DNA of 64,000 nucleotides from an uncultured Chloroflexia bacterium (GCA_963783055.1 CAWAMB010000004.1:1251368-1315367), one strand, 5' to 3'. Shown: positions 27,799 to 41,402, counted from the stretch's first letter. The notes: generated from the letters alone by a model not told the origin. Numbers and translations are program-made.

Positions 27799-27849
27799 AA
27801 GGGAGGCCGACGATCGTCTATCCGCGCGTCCACCGAGCCCGCCGGGCCG

Positions 27850-29051
27850 GTGGCGTTTCTGTGTGAGGGCCCGGTGATCGCGACATCGCCGACCCCGCCT
27901 CGGCCGCGTGCCTCGTCGATCGTCGATCCGCGGGTCGGCGATCTTGGACCGGCACTCCTGGCCCTCGAGGACGGCACCGTCTTCCCGGGGATCGCGTTCG
28001 GCGCCCCGGTCGCAGCCGGTGGCGATCTCGTCGTCAACACCTCGCAGACCGGCTACCAGGAGGTCTGCACCGACCCGTCCTACGCCGGCCAGATCGTGGT
28101 GATGACCTACCCGTTGATCGGCAACTACGGCCGGATGGTCGATGACGACCAGTCGGTCCGGCCGTGGCTCCGGGCGCTCGTCGTCGCGAACGCCACAGCC
28201 GCAGTCCTCGACGATGTTCGGCAGCTCGCCGCGCTCCTGCGCGACTCGAGCGATCCCGGCGATCGCCGGCGTCGACACCCGGGCTCTCGCGCGACATCTC
28301 CGGACCCACGGCAGCCTTCGGGCAATCGTCACCGAGCCGGGCTTCGTCAACCGCGACGACGCCGTCGATCGCGCCCGAGCCGTGCCCCGCTGGGAGGACC
28401 AGGACTTCGTCGGCCAGGTCTCGCCGTCGTCGATCATGGATGTCGGCAGCCACAGCGAGAGCGGCCCGCTCATCGGGATCGTCGACTTCGGCCTGAAGTC
28501 GAACATCGTGCGCGGCATGCGCCGGCGCGGAGCTCGGGTCCGGATCCTGCCCCACACGATCTCGACGTCCGTCGCGCTGGCCGACGAGATCGACGGCCTC
28601 ATCCTGTCGCCCGGTCCCGGCGATCCGGCCCGGCTCGAGGGCCCGGTCCGGCTCGCCCGCGCGATCATCGACGACGGCCGGCCGCTGCTCGGGATCTGCC
28701 TCGGCCACCAGATCGTGGCCCGCGCCGCCGGCGCCGAGACGACCCGTCTCCGGTTCGGGCATCACGGAGCGAACCATCCCGGTCCGCGACGTCGAGCTCG
28801 GGCTGGTCCAGGTCACCGCCCAGAACCACGAGGTCCAGGTGGTCGGGCGAGTCGGTTCTCGCGGGTTCCGGCTTCCACGTCAGCCAGGTCAACCTCAACG
28901 ATGGCTCCGTCGAGGGCCTGCGCCACGGAACGCTCCCGATCGAGACGGTCCAGTACCACCCCGAGGGCGCGCCCGGCCCGCTCGATGCCCTCGCGGTGTT
29001 CGACCGGTTCGTGGCCCGGGCGACCGAGCGATCTGCCAGCCGAGGCAGCGT

Positions 29052-29055
<4 letters not shown>
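27850..29055 (+). CDS. carA: carbamoyl-phosphate synthase small (glutaminase) subunit, three +1 frame breaks (28255-57, 28778-80, 28845-47); start uncertain (GTG 27850 or 27874)
   Basis: Frame 1: [13 protein letters not shown]...[26 protein letters not shown]. Frame 2: [14 protein letters not shown]...[10 protein letters not shown]...FGHHGANHP. Frame 3: [20 protein letters not shown]. Frame 1 again: [18 protein letters not shown]...VQYHPEG. Confidence 0.9.
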
Positions 29056-32586
<3,531 letters not shown>

Positions 32587-32590
<4 letters not shown>

Positions 32591-33255
32591 CGGCCGCCTC
32601 GCCCTTCGACCTCGTCATCTTCGATTGCGACGGCGTCCTCGTCGACAGCGAGCACCTGTCGATCCATCTGGACGCGGAGTTCCTCGCGGGCCTCGGGTGG
32701 CCGATGCCGAAGTCCGAGATCGTCGAGCGCTTCGTCGGCCGGACGGAGGCCGCGATGCGGGCCGAGATCGAGGGCCATCTCGGGCGCGACATCGGACCCG
32801 AGTGGGACGCGTTCTCCGAGCGCTACATCCGCCTGTTCGACGAACAGCTCCAGGCCGTCGACGGCGTCGAGGGGGCGATCGATGCGATCCAGGCCGCCGG
32901 GCTCGCGACGTGCGTCGCCTCGAGTGGCGGTCACGCCAAGATCCGGCGGAACCTGGGTCTGACGGGCCTCGCGGACCGATTCGGCGATCGGATCTACAGC
33001 GGCGAGGACGTGGAGCACGGCAAGCCGGCTCCGGACCTGTTCCTGCACGCGGCGGCGGAGATGGCCGTGGCTCCTGCGCGCTGCGTCGTCATCGAGGACA
33101 GCCGCCACGGCGTCGCCGCGGCCCGCGCGGCCGGGATGGACGTCCTTGCCTACGGCGGCGGCGTCACGCCGGCGGCAGCGCTTGAGGGTCCGGCAACCAC
33201 GGTCTTCGGCGACATGCGCGATCTGGCGCAGTTGCTCGGGATCGAGCCGGTCTAG
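32587..33255 (+). CDS. HAD-superfamily hydrolase (beta-phosphoglucomutase/phosphatase-like)
   Basis: GTG 32587 (GTGA overlap with carB). Motifs seen: LVIFDCDGVLVDSE (DxD), ASSG, GKPAPD, EDSRHGVAAARAAGM. Confidence 0.85.
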
Positions 33256-33267
33256 GAACGCGGGCGG

Positions 33268-34698
33268 TCAGCCCGGCGACGTCGGAATCAACGCCGCCGT
33301 GGCTGGGCTGACGACCGCAGCCGGCGCCTCGACGACGAGCGCCTGGCCGAGCGACCACAGCGTCAGGGTCGTCAGGAACACCATGATCACCGCCAGCGGC
33401 ACCTCACGGCGGACGTGGGCGCGGTCGCCGCGCGCGGCGCCGGACTCCTGGGCCGACACGACGTGCCCCGCCCACGCCCCGAGCATGTGCCCGCCGACGA
33501 CCGCCGCGAGCTGGATCGTCCAGACGAAGCCCGGCGGCAGGAACGTCGAGTTGGGCTCGAAGAACGCCCATCCGAAGTCGCCCAGGTCCCAGCCCTGCTG
33601 GAAGGGATCGGCGATGGCGATGATGATCCGCTGGCCGTCGATCAGCAGGTACGTGAAGTAGTGGGCAACGAGGTAGCCGGCGGCGATCGGCAGCAGGCCG
33701 GCTGCGGTCGCCCGGAGGCCGACCAGGCGCGAGACGAGGATCGCCGCGGCGACGATCAGGCCGAGGAACGCGACGAGCTGGAGCGTCTTGATCGGCACGC
33801 CCGGCGCGCCGAACACCTCGAACCAGGGTTGCGTCTGGGACAGCCCGTCGAACAGGATCGACCCGGTCCCGAGGGCGATGAGGACGACGTCCTCGAACCG
33901 CCAGCCGGGCAGGAGGAGGCCCGAGGCGAACGACCGCCTGGCGATCCGACCCTCGGCGGGATCGCCGACGAGCCCGAACGGCGCGAGCCGGCCCAGCACC
34001 CCGAACCAGACACTGAACGTCTCGCCGTTCGCGCGCCAGGCGTCACGCCCGAACTGGGCCATCATCGCCAGGGTGAACGCGGTGTATCCGACGAGGACGA
34101 TGAACAGCCCACGTGGCCCCGAGCCGTTGCCGACGAGCTCGAGCCAGATGAAGAACCCGAGCCCGATCACCGCCGGCCATCGGCCGAGCGCGCGCGGGTA
34201 GTCGGCGGTCGCCCAGCCGTGCACGCCGATCCGCCGGGCCAGCCCGGCGCCCAGGTCATGGAGCGTGGTGAACGGGTCGAGCCAGTGCCAGACCGGTCCG
34301 ACGAACGCCGACAGCATCGCCAGACCGACCCAGCCGTACACCCACAGGAACAGGCTGGTGACATCGCCCGAGCCGGACCCACCGGCGATCCCCTGGGCGA
34401 CGATCCAGAGCCAGCCGAGCAGTCCGATCGCCCGAAGGAGGAACCGGATCGGCGCCGGCGGCACGCGGCCGGGCGCCGCCTCGGCCGGTGGCTCCGCCCG
34501 GATGTCCGCGATCAACAGGAACGCGAAGGACAGCCCGACGGCGAGCGCCGCTCCCGCGAGGTACACGACGAGCGGCAGACGGCTCTGGTAGGTGTTCGAG
34601 AGACTGTGGCCGAGCGCCGTGACGGGACCGGCGGCCAGCAGTCCACCGACGATCGGGGCGAGCGCCAGCAACCTGCCGACGAGGCGCGGGCGCGTCAC
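33268..34698 (-). CDS. polytopic integral membrane protein of unknown function, co-oriented with copC
   Basis: ORF 33268..34740 trimmed to GTG 34698, 1 nt after the copC stop. It has 10 or more hydrophobic segments. The N-terminus reads LLAAGPVTALGHSLSN. Confidence 0.75.
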   Translation of the reverse strand: MTRPRLVGRLLALAPIVGGLLAAGPVTALGHSLSNTYQSRLPLVVYLAGAALAVGLSFAFLLIADIRAEPPAEAAPGRVPPAPIRFLLRAIGLLGWLWIVAQGIAGGSGSGDVTSLFLWVYGWVGLAMLSAFVGPVWHWLDPFTTLHDLGAGLARRIGVHGWATADYPRALGRWPAVIGLGFFIWLELVGNGSGPRGLFIVLVGYTAFTLAMMAQFGRDAWRANGETFSVWFGVLGRLAPFGLVGDPAEGRIARRSFASGLLLPGWRFEDVVLIALGTGSILFDGLSQTQPWFEVFGAPGVPIKTLQLVAFLGLIVAAAILVSRLVGLRATAAGLLPIAAGYLVAHYFTYLLIDGQRIIIAIADPFQQGWDLGDFGWAFFEPNSTFLPPGFVWTIQLAAVVGGHMLGAWAGHVVSAQESGAARGDRAHVRREVPLAVIMVFLTTLTLWSLGQALVVEAPAAVVSPATAALIPTSPG

Positions 34699-34699
34699 G

Positions 34700-35320
34700 T
34701 CAGCGGGCGCGCGAGCGGCCGCGGAGGAGCCACAGCCCAAGGGCCGCGATCACGGCCAGGACGGCGACGATCGGGATCAGGGCGTCGCTCGTCGACGAGG
34801 CGGGTGTGGTCGGCTGCGACGAAGGCGACGGAGCAACGGTCGGGACGAGGGATCGGGCCGCGGAAGGCGCGACCGAGGCCGGCGCCGAGGGCGGCGCCGT
34901 CGCGACGCTCGGAGCCGGGGTCGGAGACGGCGGCGGCGCCACGACGGTGAAGCTCGTCGTGCCGCTATCCCGCTCGTTGTCTTCGCTCGACCAGCTGATC
35001 CAGCGGATCTGGTAGGCGCCGGGGGTCAGCGGCGTGGGGAGAGCGAGGGTCATCTCCCGCGGCGATCCTGACGCGACGGTGCCTCCCTGGATGACGACGG
35101 TCCCCGAGGCGTTCACGACCCGGATCGAGCTCTTCGCCGGGTCGAGGTCCTGCACGAACGTCATGACGATCTCGGCGGGCGAGCCTTCGACCGTCGACTT
35201 GTCCGCGGGCGTGACGGTGTCGAGCTCGGCGTGGGCGAGAACGGCCGCGGGTCCGGTCAGGATGGCGATCGCCAGAAGGGCGAGGGCGACGAGGAGTCGC
35301 CAGATGGGTCGAGGGGTCAT
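34700..35320 (-). CDS. copC: CopC-domain copper-binding protein with Pro-rich linker and C-terminal TM anchor
   Basis: Signal peptide, then HAELDTVTPADKSTVEGSPAEIVMTF...PGAYQIRWISWSSEDNERDSG, then a PS-rich linker and IPIVAVLAVIAALGLWLL. Confidence 0.85.
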   Translation of the reverse strand: MTPRPIWRLLVALALLAIAILTGPAAVLAHAELDTVTPADKSTVEGSPAEIVMTFVQDLDPAKSSIRVVNASGTVVIQGGTVASGSPREMTLALPTPLTPGAYQIRWISWSSEDNERDSGTTSFTVVAPPPSPTPAPSVATAPPSAPASVAPSAARSLVPTVAPSPSSQPTTPASSTSDALIPIVAVLAVIAALGLWLLRGRSRAR

Positions 35321-35479
35321 GCGCCGAGTGTAGTCGGCGGCTCGACGAACCGCCCCAGCTCGAATCGGAAACGGCGGCCGGGACGTGCGGGAGAGCCGTC
35401 CCGACCGCCGTCGAACGGAGAGTCGGAGGAGGGGAGGGTCGCCCGGGTGGCCGTGAATGCGACCCCCACGGGCGGCGGG

Positions 35480-35854
35480 TCAGGCGGCGCGCGCGAGCCG
35501 CTCGAAGTCGTCGTCGCAGGGGTCGTCCTGCGCCGCCGCCGCGGTCGCCGCCAGCGTCCGCCCGGCCATCGGGTTCGGGCGGGTCGAGCCGGCGATCGCC
35601 TCGCCGACCGCCACGAGCCAGTGCCCGAGCCGGATCCGGCGCGACGGGAGATCGGCCGGATGGTCGGCGTCGGTGCCCGCGACATCGTGGGCGCGGACGT
35701 GGTCGAGCTCGCGCTCGGCGCGGATCGCCGAGCCCTCGCGCTCGAGCGATGCGATGTGGTCGGCCACGAGGGCCTGCTGCAGGTCGATCATCTCGGACAC
35801 CTCGTTCCCTCTCGTTCTCGTGCTGTTTCGATCTGTCATGTGTTCGATGTTCAT
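35480..35854 (-). CDS. hypothetical protein
   Basis: 124-aa ORF (MNIEHMTDR...MIDLQQALVADHIASLEREGSAIRAEREL). TAAGAG lies before the ATG. No family recognised. Confidence 0.4.
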   Translation of the reverse strand: MNIEHMTDRNSTRTRGNEVSEMIDLQQALVADHIASLEREGSAIRAERELDHVRAHDVAGTDADHPADLPSRRIRLGHWLVAVGEAIAGSTRPNPMAGRTLAATAAAAQDDPCDDDFERLARAA

Positions 35855-35875
35855 CTAACTCTTACCCCCGAACGT

Positions 35876-35898
35876 GGGCCGCGGGAAGACCGCGGCCC
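35876..35898 (-). terminator. GC hairpin between the ArsR-like gene and the downstream gene
   Basis: GGGCCGCGG-GAAGA-CCGCGGCCC, a 9-bp perfect stem with no U tract. Confidence 0.4.
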
Positions 35899-35918
35899 TG
35901 GGATGCGCGGCGCCGTTG

Positions 35919-37025
35919 CTAGCCGATCAGGAACCGCTTGATCTCGGCCGACGCGTCGTCGAGCCGGTTGCGCCGGAGGGTGTAGTACAGGACCGTCCCC
36001 GCGTCCGTGATGGTCACCAGGCCGGCTGCCCGGAGCTGGATCATGTGGTGCTTGATCGTCGGCTTGGAGAGATCGAGCTGCTGGGCGATCTCCGTCAGAT
36101 ACAGGTCGCGCGACGCGAGCAGCTTCAGGATCCGGAGCCGCGTCTCGTCGCCGAGGGCGCGGTGGAGGCGGACGAGGGACAACGGCGGGGTCAGCGCATC
36201 GGCTGGCCCGAGCGCGCTGTCGGCGACGGGATAGCCGAAGAACCGCCAGTCGCGGGCCGACATCAGGAAGTTGTACGGCCGCGAGAAGTACGACGGGCCG
36301 AGGACGACCCGGGAGATCCCGGGCTCGGGCAGGTACCGGACGCCGCCCGTGGTGGTCTCGATGAGCTCAGCCGGGGCGAGTCGCTCGCGGTCGGCCGCCC
36401 GATCGTCGTAGTCGCGCTCGATGATCGATCGGACCCGATCCTCGATCTCCGCGAATGGCACCTGCCAGGCGCGGAGCACCGTGAGGATGCGCTCCTTGGC
36501 GAGGGCCGGGTCGCGGAGCAGCTCGATCCGGCCCTTGCGGTTCCAGTCCGGCAGCTTCTCGGCCAGGATCGGCAGGGCGGTCAGGTCACCGGCGATCGCC
36601 CGGTCGACCACCTGGTTCAGCTCGGCGTCATGGCTGTTGTCGGAGAACAATGCCGCCGCCAGCGCGGCTGGAGGCGTCGCTTCGACGAGCGCGACGACGT
36701 CGGCCGCGGTCCGGACGTCCGGCTGATCGACGAGCAGGACGCCTGCGTGGATGGCGAGCTCGCTCTCGAACAGGTCGTTGATGCCTGCCTGGACGTCCTC
36801 GGGGAGGGCCTTGCGCGTGTCGACCAGCCAGGCCCGGTCGGGGGCCGGCAGGTCATCCGTCGAGCCGGCATCGCCGGACAAGGAGAAGATGAAGTCGTAC
36901 GCGGTCCGGACGTCCCAGTCGATCCGGTAGGAGGCGCCCGTCCGGGTGAGGTCGCGGACGATCGCGCGCTGCGGCAGGTCGCTGGGCCGACCCATCGGTC
37001 GCCTGGTCGCCGGTCGTGCTGCCAT
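35919..37025 (-). CDS. ArsR/SmtB-family HTH regulator with long (~270 aa) N-terminal domain
   Basis: 368-aa ORF. C-terminus: LHRALGDETRLRILKLLASRDLYLTEIAQQLDLSKPTIKHHMIQLRAAGLV. Confidence 0.8.
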   Translation of the reverse strand: MAARPATRRPMGRPSDLPQRAIVRDLTRTGASYRIDWDVRTAYDFIFSLSGDAGSTDDLPAPDRAWLVDTRKALPEDVQAGINDLFESELAIHAGVLLVDQPDVRTAADVVALVEATPPAALAAALFSDNSHDAELNQVVDRAIAGDLTALPILAEKLPDWNRKGRIELLRDPALAKERILTVLRAWQVPFAEIEDRVRSIIERDYDDRAADRERLAPAELIETTTGGVRYLPEPGISRVVLGPSYFSRPYNFLMSARDWRFFGYPVADSALGPADALTPPLSLVRLHRALGDETRLRILKLLASRDLYLTEIAQQLDLSKPTIKHHMIQLRAAGLVTITDAGTVLYYTLRRNRLDDASAEIKRFLIG

Positions 37026-37038
37026 CTCTCGTGGTGCT

Positions 37039-37065
37039 CCTAACGCGTGTTAGATGGAAATCTAA
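37039..37065. promoter_or_regulatory. nested palindromes CTAAC-GCGT-GTTAG and GTTAGAT-GGAA-ATCTAAC, candidate ArsR operator
   Basis: Read directly, 14 nt upstream of the ArsR-like start. The half-site ATCTAAC recurs at 35853-35859. Confidence 0.4.
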
Positions 37066-37181
37066 CGCCGCTCGCCGGGCGATGTCAAGTGGCCATCGGC
37101 TTTCCGGATGCGCTCCCCGTCCGCCCGTCCGCCCTACAATCGATGTTCCCTGTCTGACCTCGCGAGGAGCCAGCCCGACTG

Positions 37182-38557
37182 ATGCCCACCCAGCCCACCG
37201 TGTCGTTCACCGACGAGCGCCTGGCCAACGGCCTCCGCCTCATCATCGCGGTCGATCGGCTCGCCCCGGTGGTGGCCGTCAACCTCTGGTACGACGTCGG
37301 GTCGAAGCACGAGGTCGAAGGGCAAGACCGGCTTCGCCCATCTCTTCGAGCACGTGATGTTCCAGGGGTCGCGGAACGTCACCAAGGCCGAGCACATGTC
37401 GCTGGTCCAGAGCGCCGGCGGGACGATGAACGGCAGCACCTGGCTCGACCGCACGAACTACTACGAGACGCTGCCGTCGCACCAGGCCGAGCTCGCCCTG
37501 TGGCTCGAGGCCGACCGGATGGGGACGCTCCTGGATGCCCTGAACCAGGAGAACCTGGACAACCAGCGCGAGGTCGTCAAGAACGAGAAGCGCTGGTCCT
37601 ACGACAACCGGCCCTACGGCTCGTGGTACGAGAAGGTCCAGGGCCACCTCTATCCGCCGGAGCATCCCTACCACCACGTCGACGATCGGCTCGATGGAGG
37701 ATCTCGACGCGGCCTCGATCGAGGACGTCAGCGCCTTCTTCCGGACGTACTACGCCCCGAACAACGCGGTCCTGACCGTGGTCGGCGACGTCGAGCCGGA
37801 CGAGATCCGGGCGTGGACGGAGCGCTACTTCGGCGGCATCCCGGCCAACCCGGACATCCCCGCGCTCGGCGATCTGTCGCTGCCCCCGATCCTCGGCCGC
37901 GAGGTTCGCGAGACGGTCCATGACAAGGTGCCACTGCCGCGCGTGTACGTCGGGTTCCGGGCGCCGGCGTACGGCGACCCGCGGCTCGACGCCCTCGACA
38001 TCGCGGCCCAGGTGCTGGCAGGCGGCAAGGGCTCGCGCCTCCATCGGCGCCTCGTCCGCGACGAGCGGATCGCCCAGGACGTCGCCCTCGTGCCGCTCGG
38101 GTTCGTGGGTGGCGCCTCGATCTGCGTCGGTTGGGCCACGGTCCGGCCGGGAATTCCGGTCGAGCGGGTCGAGGCCGCGCTCCACGAGGAGCTCGCCCGG
38201 CTGACCACCGAACCGATCAGCGAGGACGAGCTGGCCCGGGCGCGCGCCCTGATCGAGACCGAGGAGCTGAGCGGTCTGTCGCGGGTCGAGGAGCGGGCCG
38301 ACCGCCTGTCGATGTACGCGACCCTGTTCGACGATCCCGATCTCATCAACCAGATGCTGCCGCGCTACCTGGCGGTCACCGCCGAGCAGATCCGCGACGT
38401 GTCCGCGTCCACGTTCCGGGCCGACAACCGCGTCGTCCTGACCTATCTGCCCGAGCTGCCGACCGCCGAGACGGCCGCCGCCGACGAGGCGAAGCCCGAC
38501 GACGCATCCGACGCCGATTCGGACGACGCAGCGGACGACGAGGAGGTCGCGGCATGA
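37182..38557 (+). CDS. M16 (pitrilysin) family zinc peptidase, catalytic-type subunit, two +1 frame breaks (37320-22, about 37672-80)
   Basis: Frame 3: NLWYDVGSKHEVEG. Frame 1: KTGFAHLFEHVMFQGS (HxxEH)...NEKRW. Frame 2: STIGSMEDLDAASIEDV... to the acidic tail. Confidence 0.85.
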
Positions 38558-40077
38558 GCGAGACCTCAGCGCCGCGCGCCCTGCCCGAGCCGCAGATCGT
38601 CGCGGAACGCCCGACGCCCGGGACGCCCCGGCCGTATGACTTCCCGACCGTCGAGCGGACGCGCCTCGCCAACGGCCTGGCGCTGGCGATCATCCACCTG
38701 CCGGGCCGGCCGCTCGTCAGCGGATCGCTGGTCCTGCGCAACGGCGCGGCCGACGAGCCCGACGGCGAGGGCGGTGCCACGGTCCTGGCGGCTCGAGCGC
38801 TGACCGAGGGCACCGAGCGCTACGACGCGATCGCCCTCGTCGAAGCGAGCGAGCGCCTCGGCGCGTCGATCCACGCTGAGGCGGGCTGGGATGCGATGTC
38901 GATCGGGGTCGACGTGCCGGCGGCCCGACTCGAGCCGGCCCTCGAGCTCATGGCCGAGGTCGCCCTCACGCCGACATTCCCCGAGGCCGAGGTCGACCGT
39001 CTGCGCGACGAGCGCCTCAACGATCTCCTTCAAGCCGAAGCCGATCCCCGGCGCCGCGCCGACGAGGTCTTCGCGGCGACGATCTACAGCGGCGGCTCGC
39101 CGTACCGCCGGCCATCGGGCGGCCTGAAGGCCACCGTCGAAGAGCTCGATGCCGCGCGGCTCCGAGCGGCGTACCAGCGCGGGCTCGATCCCGCGCGGGC
39201 GTCGCTGATCATCGGCGGTGACCTGACCGGGATCGACGTCGCGGGCATCGTCGAGCGCCTGTTCGGCGGCTGGGCCGCGGGCTATGGCGCCGGCCACACC
39301 GGCTCGATCGTCGCCGAGAGCGCCGTCCGCGACCGGTTCGTGCGCGTCGTCCACCGGCCGGGCTCGGTCCAGACCGAGATCCGAGTCGGTCACGTGGGAC
39401 TGCCCCGCCGAATCGCCGACTTCCACGCCCTGTCCGTGATGGGCGCGATCCTCGGCGGGCTCTTCAACTCCCGGCTCAACGCGAAGCTGCGCGAGGAGAA
39501 GGGCTACACCTATGGGGCCGGTGCCGGCTTCGACCTCCGCCGGGCGGCCGGTCCGTTCGCCGCCCGGGCCGCGGTCAACACCGAGGTCACGATCCCGGCC
39601 CTGGCCGACATGGTCGCCGAGCTCGAGAAGATCCGGTCGGAGCCGGTGGACGCGTCCGAGCTGAAGCTGGCCCGTGACTTCCTGGTCGGGATCTTTCCGC
39701 TCCGGTTCGAGACGCCGGGCCCGGTCGTCGGCGCGCTGGCCGGCCTTGCGGTCCACGACCTGCCCGACGATGAGCTCACCCGCTACCGCCCCGCGATCGA
39801 GGCGGTCACGATCGAGGCCGTGTTGGCGGCGGCGGGCCACATCCGGCCGGAGCAGTCGGCGATCGTGCTGGTCGGCGACGCCGATGCGTTCGGCAAGGAG
39901 CTCGAGATGGCCGGCTTCGGGCCCGTGACGATCGAGCGCGACAGCGGGCCGCAGGACGAGGGTCGCTCGACCGGCATCCAGGATCCGCTCGAGCCACTCG
40001 ACGGCGGCCCGACCGGCCCGACCGAGGGCGCCGAGGACACCGACCCGGCGCCCGATCCCGAGTCGGCGACCGAGTAG
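38554..40077 (+). CDS. M16 family peptidase, non-catalytic-type partner (no HxxEH)
   Basis: ATG 38554 (ATGA overlap). Tail of ORF 38131..40077. M16 fold motifs are present (LANGLALAIIHLPGRP, REEKGYTYG) but the zinc motif is absent. Confidence 0.85.
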   Translation: MSETSAPRALPEPQIVAERPTPGTPRPYDFPTVERTRLANGLALAIIHLPGRPLVSGSLVLRNGAADEPDGEGGATVLAARALTEGTERYDAIALVEASERLGASIHAEAGWDAMSIGVDVPAARLEPALELMAEVALTPTFPEAEVDRLRDERLNDLLQAEADPRRRADEVFAATIYSGGSPYRRPSGGLKATVEELDAARLRAAYQRGLDPARASLIIGGDLTGIDVAGIVERLFGGWAAGYGAGHTGSIVAESAVRDRFVRVVHRPGSVQTEIRVGHVGLPRRIADFHALSVMGAILGGLFNSRLNAKLREEKGYTYGAGAGFDLRRAAGPFAARAAVNTEVTIPALADMVAELEKIRSEPVDASELKLARDFLVGIFPLRFETPGPVVGALAGLAVHDLPDDELTRYRPAIEAVTIEAVLAAAGHIRPEQSAIVLVGDADAFGKELEMAGFGPVTIERDSGPQDEGRSTGIQDPLEPLDGGPTGPTEGAEDTDPAPDPESATE

Positions 40078-40081
40078 CTCC

Positions 40082-40110
40082 TGAAACCTTTCGCCGGCGA
40101 CCTGTCTCAA
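40082..40110 (+). promoter_or_regulatory. candidate ECF-type promoter TGAAAC-N16-GTCTCAA
   Basis: Read directly, about 55 nt upstream of ATG 40166. A similar motif is at 45256-45280 on the minus strand. Confidence 0.25.
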
Positions 40111-40165
40111 GGAGTCAGATGGCCGGCGATGACGCCGGTCCCACGCTGACGGAGACAGACCGGAC

Positions 40166-40711
40166 ATGAATCTCACGAACCGACTCGGGCGTAGCCTCGC
40201 GACCTCCGCCGTCGCACTATTCCTGCTGACGGGGGTCGTCCTCGGCGCCAACGCGATCAATCCGACTTCGGCCGGGCAGGTCGATGCGACCGCGCCGACC
40301 GCCGAGCCCACCGCCGAGCCCACCGGCGAGGCGACGTCAGACCCCACGGCCGACGCAACGGACGACGCGAATGCCGACTCGACATCTGACCCGGCGGCCG
40401 AGCCCACCGACGACGCGACAGCCGAGCCGACCGCCGACGCGACCTCGGAGCCGGACGAGACGGCCGAGCCCACGGCGACCGCCGACGACCAGGGCGAGGG
40501 CGAGGGCGGGGACGACGCCGACGAGACGGCGGGCCCGACCGCTGCCCCGACTGCGACCGCCGACGATCATGGTGGCAACTCGGGCTCGGACGACTCGGGC
40601 TCGGACGACTCGGGCTCGGACGACACCAGCGGGCCGGGTGGCAACAGCGGCCCGGGCGGTGATGACGACTCCGGCCACGGCGGGAGCGACGACGGCAGCG
40701 GCCACGACTGA
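40166..40711 (+). CDS. secreted low-complexity acidic protein (AEPT repeats, DDHGG, (SGSDD)n tail)
   Basis: 181-aa ORF. Signal peptide MNLTNRLGRSLATSAVALFLLTGVVLGANA, then a D/E/T/P/G/S-rich sequence. Confidence 0.6.
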   Translation: MNLTNRLGRSLATSAVALFLLTGVVLGANAINPTSAGQVDATAPTAEPTAEPTGEATSDPTADATDDANADSTSDPAAEPTDDATAEPTADATSEPDETAEPTATADDQGEGEGGDDADETAGPTAAPTATADDHGGNSGSDDSGSDDSGSDDTSGPGGNSGPGGDDDSGHGGSDDGSGHD

Positions 40712-40748
40712 GCTCGCGGCCCACTTGACTGCACGACTTCCCGGAACC

Positions 40749-41402
40749 ATGGACCATGGACGGACACCGCGTGTGGTCCAGGGCGCCCCGGGGAGTCGCG
40801 ACACGCCAACTTCGATTGACCAAGCCGCAGCCGATCGCGCCCACGCGCCCGACCTCTTCGACGAGCGCCGCGCCGTCGAGGCCGTCCTGGCCGGCGATCG
40901 CGACGCGTTCCGTGGCCTCGTGGACCAGAACTCGGCCGCGGTCATCCGAGCCTGTCATCGGATCCTCGGCGATGTTCATGAGGCCGAGGATGCGGCCCAA
41001 GAGGCGTTCGTGACCGCGTTCCGGAGCCTCGCCGGCTGGCGCGCCGACGGACCGTTCGGGGCCTGGCTGACCCGGATCGCGGTTCGCATCGCGCTGCGCC
41101 GGGCACAGAAGCGGCGCGACGTGACATGGATCGACCCGACCAACCCGGATCGCCCGGTGGATCTGCCGGGCGGCCCCGATCCCGCCGTCACCTCCCTCCG
41201 CGCGGAGCGGGCGGCCGACGTCCGGGCCGCCGTGTCGCGCCTCGACGATCCCTATCGCGAGACGATCGCCCTGCGGTTCTTCGGGGACCTGAGCCTCGAC
41301 GAGATCGCCCAGGCGACCGGCCGACCGCTCGGAACGGTCAAGACGCACCTCCATCGCGGACTGCTCCGGCTCCGGGGCGTCGTGGAAGGGAGCGCAACGT
41401 GA
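40749..41402 (+). CDS. ECF-type RNA polymerase sigma-70 family factor
   Basis: Tail of ORF 40284..41402 from ATG 40749. Region 2: EDAAQEAFVTAFRSL...FGAWLTRIAVRIALRR. Region 4: YRETIALRFFGDLSLDEIAQATGRPLGTVKTHLHRG. Confidence 0.85.
   Translation: MDHGRTPRVVQGAPGSRDTPTSIDQAAADRAHAPDLFDERRAVEAVLAGDRDAFRGLVDQNSAAVIRACHRILGDVHEAEDAAQEAFVTAFRSLAGWRADGPFGAWLTRIAVRIALRRAQKRRDVTWIDPTNPDRPVDLPGGPDPAVTSLRAERAADVRAAVSRLDDPYRETIALRFFGDLSLDEIAQATGRPLGTVKTHLHRGLLRLRGVVEGSAT

Noticed and set aside
38566-40473. 635-aa minus-strand ORF opposite the second M16 peptidase and the acidic protein gene
   Set aside because: Antisense shadow ORF. Its repeated VGSAV strings are just the complement of the acidic repeat.
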